Source: Zygnema circumcarinatum SAG 698-1b
Lineage: Eukaryota > Plantae > Zygnematophyceae
Length of the DNA: 64,000 nt
Assembly: GCA_037447605.1 (NCBI GenBank)
Contig: CM074818.1
Span: forward strand, 124,001 to 188,000
Direction of reading: 5' to 3'
Position 1 is the first letter of the stretch, and the number at the start of each line of letters is the position of its first letter. The position numbers and the translations under genes were made by a program. Positions 49,760-59,154 of the stretch are shown here, in pieces. The notes under the pieces are model-generated. The model was not told where the DNA came from and searched no databases. It saw nothing but the letters and a program-made list of their open reading frames with translations.

Positions 49760-49990
49760 ATGCCTCGACAGTCAGATAGAAATTGCATACTTGCAGTTTT
49801 AGAGGGCTTAATTGCATTTGCTTATTTTTATGAGGATGAAGAAGAAGCAGATTCTTCTGACGACGAAACAGAAGCAGAAGAATTGATGGATTTGTATCAG
49901 CAAGTAATATCTTCACGCTATTTTTATGAGCGTTTTTTTTATTTAAATGGGTCCAAATGGAGTGAAAAAAGGGGTGCATATGGGGCATAA
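49760..49990 (+). pseudogene. Probable 5' fragment of a Harbinger-type (DDE_Tnp_4) transposase
   Basis: MPRQSDRNCILAVLEGL...EDEEEADSSDDETEAEELMDLYQQVISSRYFYER resembles, from memory, the MPRxSxR-acidic tract-SxRY N-terminus of fungal/algal Harbinger nucleases. It lies inside the TIR element. No DDE core was seen. Confidence 0.5.
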
Positions 49991-51073
49991 ATGGGCTTTA
50001 AGGGGGTTGCTATCTGAATATAGCAAGGTGGCTAAATTTTTCCTTTAAATTTGGAATTTTTTCTTAACGTCGTTTTTTATTTCTGCAGGTTCTTGGATCG
50101 AGCGTGAAAATGGAAGTGGAGATTCCATCGGACTAAAAGTGTTCAAAATTTCAGGGCAGAAAAATAGTAAAAAAAAACGGTGGCGAAATATTGTTGAACG
50201 GGTGAAATAGTTTGGTTTTTTTTAAATTCTTGTTTTGTTGACTAGAGAAGGTCGGAATTAGGAGAACAAGTATGGGTACGAAGTTTAAGGGCTTAGGGTT
50301 TAGGGAGAGGGAGAGAGGAAGAAAGGGAGGGAGAGACAGAGTGAGAGGAAGATAGGGAGTGGGACAAGGGGTTAAGAAGGAAGTTGAAAGGGAGGGGTAG
50401 GGGGGAGCGAGAGAGAGAGGGGGGGGAGAGAGAGAGAGAGAGAGAACGTGAACTGTGTATACATAGTTAAGAGAGGCCGAGTGGCTAAAAGTGATAATAT
50501 TTAGTTTGAACTCAGATAAAAATAAAAATTCAACAGATTGACATCCGGCACTGGCCGTACTTTGTTGGAGCATGTCATCGGAATTCACATCTCGGCATAA
50601 AAGTAAACATTTGGAATAACGAGTGGTGGAATACTGCACACGTCGCATAAGTGGGTGACATCGAACCTCACCAACAAGCCAACCCACCGTCCATCACCTT
50701 AGAATTGGGGGGGGGAGGGAGGGAGAGGGTGGGGGGAAAGGGAGGGAGTTGGGGAACGGAGACGGAGAGGGTGGGGGGAGGGAGAGGGTGGGGGACGAGG
50801 GAGAGGGTGGGGGAAAAGGGAGGGGGTGGGAGAGGGAGGGAGAGGGTGGGGGGGAAGGGAGGGGGAGGGGAAGGAGGGAGTGGGTGAGGGGGAAGGGAGA
50901 GGGTGGGGGGAGGGAGGGAAAGCAGGGGGGGGCGGAGGGGAGGGGGGGGGGGGGGAGGAGGAAGCGGGGGGGGAGGGAGGAGGTGGGGGGGAGGGAGGGA
51001 GAGAGATGGGCAGGTGAAAGAAAAAGGAATAAAAGAACAACAAAAAGACTACAGTTTCCAAGACAATTTTTTT

Positions 51074-54023
51074 TCAAGTAACCACCTCGACCTCCGCCTT
51101 CTCATGCTCAAAACTAGGCTCTGAAACATCCCCTCCCTCATGGAACGGCTGTTCCGTATGGTCTAACTGACGTAGAGCCTCATAGATCCCCACACTCGTA
51201 GCCACGGCCAGATTCAATGAACGGACGTGCGTTTCTATGATCGGAATTCGGGCGATTCCGCCCGCATGGAAACCGTTGGAGCACTGCTCCAAAGCTTCTT
51301 TGGGGAGACCAGTGGTTTCAGAACCGAAAAGGAGCCAATCGCCAGGGCGGTAGCGGAGAGTCTGCGTGGGAGAGAGTAGGGAGAGGAGGGAGAGGAGGGA
51401 GAGGAGGGAGAGGAGGGAGAGGAGAGAGAGGAGGTAGAGGAGAGAGAGTAGGGAAAGGAGGTAGAGGAGGGAGAGGAGGTACAGAAGGGAGAGGTTATTA
51501 GAGGAAGAGGGCGGGAGTGGGAGTGGGAGTGGGAGTGGGGAAAGGGGAGGGAGGTGGGGGAGGAAGGGAGAGAACGAATATGGAGTCAGGGGATTGAGGG
51601 AGGGAGAGGGGAGGGAGAGGGGAGGGAGAGAGAGAGCGGGAGCGGGGGGGAGGGAGGAAGGGGGTGAAAGGGAGGGAGTGGAAAAGGAGAAACGGAGGGT
51701 GGGGGGAATGGGAGGGAGGGGGAGTGGGAGAGGGCGAGGGAGAGAGGGAGTGGGAGGGGGGAAGGGGAGGGGGAGTGGGAGTGGGGGGCGGAGGAGGGGG
51801 GAGTGGAAGGGGGACGCGGGGAGACGAGAATGAATTTTAGGGGGAGGGGAGTGAGAGGAGGGGCGAGAGAGTGCGAGAGGGGGATGGGAGAGGAAGGGGG
51901 GTGGGGAAAGCGAAAGAGTGGGAAAGGAGAAACGGAGGGTGAGGGGGAGGGGGAGAAGGGGAATGGGACGAGTGGGAGGGAGTGGGAGTGGGGGGGGGGG
52001 AATGGGAGGGGGGGAGGCGAAGGGGAAAATGATTGATGGGGAGGGGAGGGGAGGGAGAGGGAAAGTCAGGGAGGGGGAAGAGAGCAGCGGACGAGAGGGA
52101 GAGGGAGAGGAGAAAGGGAAGGTGAGCGAGAGGGGAGGGGGTGGTAGAGGAATAGGAGGGGAAGGAGGGAGAGGGAGACGCACCCAATGAACTTGACTGC
52201 CTCTCTTTGAAAATGCAATGAGTCGTTTTGGCTCCTCCTGCAATCGTGGAGAGAAGGGAAAGCGAACATTGTACAATCAGTGATGTGAGGAATCGCAGGT
52301 GAGGGAGGGAGGGAGGGAGGTAGGAGAGGCAGAGAGGGGAGGGAGGGAGGGAGGGAGGGAGAGAGGAGGGAGGGAGAGGGAGGGAGGGAGTGGGGAGCGA
52401 GGGAAAGGGTGGGGTGGAAGGGAGAGAGATGCGGTGGGGGGGGGAGCGAGGGGATGGGGGTTGTGAGGAGGGAGGGAGGGAGGAGAGAGGGGGAGGGAGG
52501 GAGGGAGAGGGGAGGGGAGGGAGTGGGAGAGGGGGGGGAGGGCGAGGAGAGAGAGAAAGGGGGGGGGGGAGGGAGAGGAGAGAGAGAGGGGGGGGAGGGA
52601 GAGGAGGGAGAGAGGAGAGGCAGAGAGGGGAGGGGAAAAAGCAAAATCAGGACGGAAATACAGACATTTTGAAGATAAAAGGGCAGGGATAGGAGTGATG
52701 CAGACATCAACAGAGAAGTGACGGAGAGAGTGAGCGGGAGAGAGTGGGAGAGAGAGTGGGAGATAGTGCTCTTCGAATGGAACTGCCTGGGAATTGAACC
52801 CAGATTTCTTGCCAGAGGCAAGTGCCCTCCCAGTTGGACGAGCAGCACTTTTTTACTCCCTCTCCTCCTAATTTGACAAAAGTTTTTATTGCCATTATAA
52901 TTTTCTTTTCGCACAGGTCCATGAATGAATTACCTAACCCTCCCTTTCCATCTCCCTCATTTTCCTCTCTCCCAATTCCCTCCTTCACTCTCCCCCTCCC
53001 TTTCCCTCTCGCCCACACTTCATTTCTCCCTCTCTCGTCCTCTTCCTCACTCCCTCGCACCTCTCCTCTCACCCTCCATCAGTCACTCTCTCTTGCCTCC
53101 CTCCCCCTCTCCCTCCCTTTCCCACTCCCTCATACTTTCCTTCTCTCTTCCTCCATCCCTTCCTCTCCCCTCTCCCTCACTCCTCCCTCTTCTCTCTCCC
53201 TGTGTCCCTCCCTCTCTCCCCTTGACTGTCCTACACCCTCTTTCTGTCTCACCTCTTTTCTCCCACTACCCTTCTCCCTCTCTCCTCTCTCGTCCCTCCT
53301 CTTTCCGGCCTCTTCCATCCTCTCTCTCTCTCTCTGTCTCTCTCCCTCTCACTCACCTCCACAAGGTGCAGCCCCACCGATGTCGCCGCACATGTCCGCG
53401 CAATCGACCCAACGTTGCCGGGAATCTGCAATTAACTCAGAACATTATTAAAAAAACCACAAAAAATGAAGTATTTCAGAAGTTAAGAGATAAATTTCAA
53501 GTGTACGACTCAACTCCCAGATGCAAAATAACCTTGAACCCAAAGAAAACGATCGCTAAAGATAACGCAGAAATAGTAGGGTCAATCAGACAAATCTGAG
53601 CAATTCTATACAATTTTTCAGCAATTTTTATGAAGGTATTAAAGAACTTAATGAGATTTCAAGAGAAAGCAAAAATAATAATATATATATACATAATATA
53701 TACATACCAAGGGAGACACAAGAACCACGTGAAGGTCAGCGCGTTGTTCGTTCTCTGAAGCTCCACTTCGGCTTATAGCAGCAGCTACAGACCAAGGCAA
53801 GGAAAGGCAAGGAAAGGCAAGGAAAGGCAAGGAAAGGCAAGGAAAGGCAAGGAAAGGCAAGGAAAGGCAAGGAAAGGCAAGGCAAGGAAAGGAAAGGCAA
53901 GGAACGAGGGAGTACCTCTAGCAAAGTTAGCGCGTGAAGCGCAGCCACACGTCGGTTTCGAGTCCCTCCGGAAGGGAGGGAAGGGCGCAGGCAGGTGGCG
54001 TCAGGCACAGAACCTCGGGCCAT
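51074..54023 (-). CDS. trmL: tRNA (cytidine/uridine(34)-2'-O)-methyltransferase, SpoU/TrmL family; probably a defective captured copy
   Basis: Exons LHVVLVSPL/IPGNVGSIARTCAATSVGLHLVE, EEPKRLIAFSKRGSQVHW and TLRYRPGDWLLFGSETTGLP...RIPIIETHVRSLNLAVATSVGIYEALRQL. The PLGF..RAGLDYW exon was not found. Confidence 0.85.
52779..52848 (-). ncRNA. tRNA-like cloverleaf (pseudo-tRNA or SINE head) in a TrmL intron
   Basis: Acceptor GTGCTGC/GCAGTTC (one mismatch, one G-U); D-arm GTCC-AACTGGGA-GGGC; anticodon stem CTTGC/GCAAG with a 5-nt loop CTCTG; T-arm CTGGG-TTCAATT-CCCAG; perfect B box GGTTCAATTCC. Confidence 0.6.
53794..53903. repeat. (GGCAAGGAAA)n decamer array filling TrmL intron 1
   Basis: Visible directly. 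Confidence 0.9.
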
Positions 54024-54705
54024 GGCGGGCGGCCGGATAAGGAGGGGGAGGGGAGGTTGTTGGGGGGTGGCTCGACGACAAGAGTGGGACCCGGCGCGCG
54101 GGCGGGCGGGAAAACAACCATGACGTCACGTTGACGCGATTTTCGCCATTCTTTTCTTCGCACGTCCATTTCGGCGCCTCTTTTGGGTGCGAACAAAATC
54201 GTGCGAAGAAGTGCCCTTTTTAGTAAACCCCACGGGTCAATCTTCGTAACGTTGACCCGTTGACTTAGCACAGTTGACTTCCGTTCGGTTCGGTTTAGGT
54301 TCGGGGGCGCGATGATTTTTAGTACTTAGTAACCTCGATTCTCGTAATACTAAAAACTCGATATTCGTAACATTTTGTTAAGTCTGACACGCCCTATTAT
54401 GGAGGGTTTCCGAACCATCTTTTCCCCTTTCTGAACGACAACAACGGCCGACCTAGCATGCAAGGGCCTGCAATGTATCGTTGCCACGTGGCAGTCCCCG
54501 ACATTGTCGAAGGCTGACAAAGTCGGTCGGAGTCGGACAAAGTCTGATGATGACGGGGACGCTTGCAGCCAATAAGGTTCGCCGCTGAGCTGTCGTTTTA
54601 GTACAGAATCTCGTCGCATTAATGACTGTGACATTTTGTCCTACGCGCCAAACACAAACACCTTGGAAGGACACATGTCACAATTATTTGGTTCTATCTC
54701 CTAGC

Positions 54706-55190
54706 GAATATTCGTTTGCCGTACCAATATGTCGGTTGCGGGGAATTTTGGCCGTACATTTCGCACTTCCTTTGTCCTTCTTTGTACAAGCATTTTGTTT
54801 TCAAGCAAAAAGACACTTCTAAAGAATATTCGTCCGAGAATCTTGTGCCGTGCCCGTGGAGCCTCTGTGCGGCGGTTGGCTCCCATTATGTCACGTCTGG
54901 TGGCTCGTGTCGCGCGTGACAGGCCGCCCCCCCGAGGCCTCTGATTGGCCGTGCCTCCCTACGATTAACGACAAGTCGCCCTATCCATGGCTACTTGAAA
55001 ATGTACGATACGCGTACAGTATCGTATTCGGCAAGATCTTGTCCGGCAAATATCTGTCGTTTTCCTACCCGTCCAACTTCTCCGAGTGTTCGTATTCGGA
55101 TATGCTCAAACCGACAAAATTCTAAGATCCAATTAACGTGAAACGCATCGAAAATGTCGGCGCATCTTGTCTCGTTTCTCTCGCATATTC
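54706..55190. promoter_or_regulatory. Four P1BS motifs (GNATATNC) upstream of PAP copy C
   Basis: GAATATTC at 54706 and 54824, GGATATGC at 55098, GCATATTC at 55183; TATA-like CTATATAA near 55355. Confidence 0.7.
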
Positions 55191-55437
55191 GTTGACCCCT
55201 GCCGCCCCTAGTCCCATCGAACCCCATCGATGCTACCCCCACCAATCTCACACCGCCACGTGTCATAGTCAACACCCCCTTATGCGACCTCTCCGAAGAT
55301 GCTCATCTGCCACGTCCCACCCGCTCGTGCAAAGTAGCCGTCCGCAACCCCGCCTCTATATAACCGTGTCCCGGACCACCTTTCCCTCAAGGACGGTTTC
55401 CTTTCCGGAGCCATTCGCTCAGGAGGAGAAAGGAACG

Positions 55438-58409
55438 ATGGCGAAGATGGCGGTCCTCGCGGCGCTCCTTCTCGCCTTCGTGGCTGTGGCTGTCGCTGAC
55501 GTCACCCTTCCCAATAGCCCCCTCGGTGGGTGACCCGACATGGGCCCATGCACGTGCATGCATGCATGTTCCTGCATGAGTCATGGGTGGGCTATGGGGC
55601 ACGTCATACTGTGGGGACTAGCCGAGTTGGGCATGTCGTGGGGGTCTGCAAGTTTGGTTCATGCGGAGCAGCTGGGGGCGTTCGTGTATGAGGAGGGGAA
55701 ATGGAAACTGTGGAGGGGGAAAGTCGGGCGGGGACGTGTAGACAGGATATGTCTACCTCTCAGACTTAGAAGTGGCAAGGGCCGAGGGAGGGCAGAAGTG
55801 AGTGTGTATCGAGGTGGGCAACTTTGACGGGCCGATACTTCACTCGGTATTTCAGTCCTAAGTATTTCAAGACTTAAATGTTTCTTTTTCTGTTTTACTT
55901 ACAGGTACCGTGTACGACCTTCAGCCTGACGCGTACTTGACCAAGCCTGCGTTTACTCCCAACTTCACCAGCGCCGATGCTCCCTTGACCTTCCTTCAGC
56001 AGACTGGCACTAACTACCCGGAGCAGGTGAATCTTTAAGATGGCTGCCTATTATACTTCCCGCAACGAGTCTCTCGTTTGTTGGACTTTTTTGTGTTTCT
56101 TTGTTGTAACTGTATTGTTAAATGTCTTGTTTTTCTCTCAGGTGGCTCTGTTCCCTGCCGTCCGCAATGGCTCCTTCCTGTGGGTGCGCTTCGTCACCCC
56201 CGCCTACTCTGCGGGCTCGGTGTACTATGGCCCCAACATGAAATCTTTGAAGAATATCTCCACGTAAGCTGTCTATGCTCCTTCGGTGTAAAGAGCCGTG
56301 GGAGGAGAGTAGTAGAGAGGGAGCGGGGAATAGAGGTAGAGTGGTGGGAGAGGCAGGTCGGGAGAGAGGAATTGATGTAGAGAGTGGCAGAGAGGGAGAG
56401 AGGGAAAAACTGTCTGTTTCACATCTTAAATTGTTTTTATAATCTGCTTAATTGGCATTGTAGCTTAGCTTCATGTTTTCATGGCTGGAATTGTTTCTGA
56501 TCTCTTGCAGATGCTCCGGAAAGAGGTACACCTACGCCAAGGGCTACGTCGGCGAGTACACCTCCGGCTGGATATTCTTCTGCCTCCTCGGACCCCTCCC
56601 CCCCTCCACGCAGTACTACTACCGCGTGAAGGGTCTCTCCACCGTCTTCCCTTTCATGACCCTCCCCGAGGTGGGAGGCTACCCCATCAAGTTCGGCTTC
56701 ACTGGTGAGAGGGGCGAAATGGGATCAACACAGTACCTTCTGGAATATTCTGTCCTGTTTCTACTTTTTATTCAGCATTGAAGTCGCTCATCAGTGATGT
56801 TTTACTGCGCAGCTGATGTTGGCTTGACCGGTAACTCGAGCATCACCCTCGATAACCTGAAGGCGTCTGACTGCGACTTCATTCTTTTCGCTGGAGATGT
56901 CAACTATGGTGAGATTCTCTACCGCTAATGTTTTGTCGTACCATTGGATGACGTTTTCATTATTTGATTGGGGACCAAGTGTACGATGTCTTCTCTCACT
57001 GTTTAGCTTCTCTGATTTTCCACAAATTTTGATATTTTTCTCACTGTTTGCAGCTGACAACTACGGATCATCCTCCTGCACTCCCTATGACGGTGTGACT
57101 GATAACGGCTTCAGCACGTGCGGTGTTGCTGGCCACCGTTGGGACTTGTGGGGCCGTCTCTCCCAGAAGGCTTTGGCTTACACTGTATGGGTCGAGAAAG
57201 CACTCCCTTTCATATGTTTTTTCTTCGTAAATCAAATATTGTGATGTTATTCACTGTCTGTATCGGATTTCCTTCATCGTCCTCATCTGGTCCTTCTGTG
57301 ACCCTTCATTATTTGATCTAAATGGCAGCCGACTGCCTTCATCGCCGGAAACCACGAGAACGAGTTCCATAACGACTGGATGGAAGTTGAGCCCTTCAAG
57401 GCGTATTTGGCCCGCACGCCCGGCCTCCTTGACGACAATCCGTACAACAAGAACATGGTACAGGAACAACATTTCTCGCATGCTCCACATTTTTTTATAC
57501 TGTTTGGGCATTGTGTCTTTCTGTATTGCCTTGGCGCGGTTAGCCCTGGTGACTGTGCTTATGTCACCTTGAAATCCTTGGACCGTGCAGTACCTCGATA
57601 CCGTGAACTACGGCAAGAGGACATGGGTCTCCAAATCCCCTCTCTTCTACTCCATGGACATCGGCCCCGCCCACATCATCGGTCTGGCGAGCTACTCCGG
57701 CTTCGTCAAGTACACCCACCAGGTTCGTAGAAAAACATTGTCCGTGTTTTTTAAATTTAAGTGTATGGAAAGTGTGTTGAAATATCGAAACTACCGATAA
57801 TTTCATTTTATATTTACAACATTTAGTGTTTTATCCTCTGCAGGACTACTGGCTGAAACAGGACGTGTGCTCCATCAACCGCACCCGCACCCCATGGCTG
57901 CTCGTCTTCCTCCACTCGCCGTGGTACAACAGCGACAAGAGCCATTACCTCGAGGTAACGGCCGATCAACCTCTGTTTTACCACTTTCGCCGCTTCAATC
58001 CAAGGGACCGTCGATCTACAGTAGTTTTGCGATCTTGTCCGTCAATTTATACTTGTAAATAGCCTTAGTCTTTTCTAAGGCATTCCGGCTGATCGTCGGA
58101 CTTGAACTACTGTACTGTTTCTCTATCCGGCGTCGCAGGGCGAGCCAATGCGGTGGATGTTCGAGTCCTACCTCTACAACTCCAGCGCCGACCTAGTCGT
58201 AGCCGGCCACGTGCACGCCTACGAGCGCAGCAACAAGGTCTACAACCTGCGCCTGGACAACTGCGGCCCGACCTACGTCACCGTCGGTGACGCTGGCAAC
58301 GACGAGGGCGTTGCTGGACCGTACGATTGCAGCCCCTCTCAGCCTTTTTGTCTCTCTGAGCCATGTTGGACATTGATGCAGGGGGATGTGTTTTGTGTGT
58401 TCCGCCTCC

Positions 58410-58478
<69 letters not shown>

Positions 58479-58875
58479 CTCTCTCGCTCTCAAGTTTTTT
58501 TCACGTCTTGCTTGCAGGTTCCTTGTCCCCCAGCCCGAGTACAGCGCTTACCGCGAACTGTCTTTCGGCCACGCTACTTTGACCATCAACGACGCCACCA
58601 CTGCCACCTACACATGGTACATGACATAACCACTCACCCCCCTAAACCTAATTTCTTGCCGCTAAGTCACATGGGTTTGCAGGCTATTATGCTCTTCGTT
58701 TCTTGCATGTGCTTTGTACTGCTGTGCCCATTTTACATGTAACTCCTTGTACTGAATGAGAGGTTTTTGTTCCTGTGACAGGTACCGCAACCAGAATTCC
58801 GACGACATTGTCGGTGATTCCTTCACCCTGACGAGCAACTGGTTGACCTGCCGCAAGAGTGCCAACTTCTGTTAG
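55438..58875 (+). CDS. PAP: Purple acid phosphatase copy C, signal peptide, same exon structure as copy B
   Basis: MAKMAVLAALLLAFVAVAVA; DVG, GDVNY, GNHE, VFLH and GHVH intact; ends TCRKSANFC*. Confidence 0.95.
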
Positions 58876-59154
58876 ATGGTCGAGAGAGACTGTATGGAGA
58901 GAGAGTGAATTGGAACCTAGAGTGACTTTTTTGAAATAGAATGTCGAGAATAAGAACGGCTTTCAGCTGGTACCTCAGTCGGGGTATACTTTCTAGTGTC
59001 CAGATATCTTGTCATTCGTACTGGAACACTAAAATTTTGGATTTATATTATTTCGCCATGTGAAATTGATCATGTTGATCTGGTTTCAACCGCTGGACAT
59101 GCGCGTAATGTTCTGTTTGGATAACCACTGTCTCACTATCGACCGGTTGTCCTA

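Larger units (their letters stand above)
48897..54395. mobile_element. 5.5-kb non-autonomous Pack-type TIR transposon (PIF/Harbinger-related, PHIS group) carrying a TrmL gene
   Basis: Perfect 18-bp TIR AGGGCGTGTCAGACTTAA at 48897 and inverted at 54378-54395. TSD ATT at 48894-48896 and 54396-54398. Both ends share the GGGCG variant that the two MITEs lack. Confidence 0.82.

Noticed and set aside
51074-52276. 400-aa single-exon ORF
   Set aside because: Only the last 97 or so codons and a short upstream exon are TrmL; the rest is CT-rich intron read-through.
55758-55770. CTCAGACTTAGAA, a partial TIR-like word also at about 49092
   Set aside because: A 13-mer match is expected by chance in 64 kb; no full TIR or TSD.
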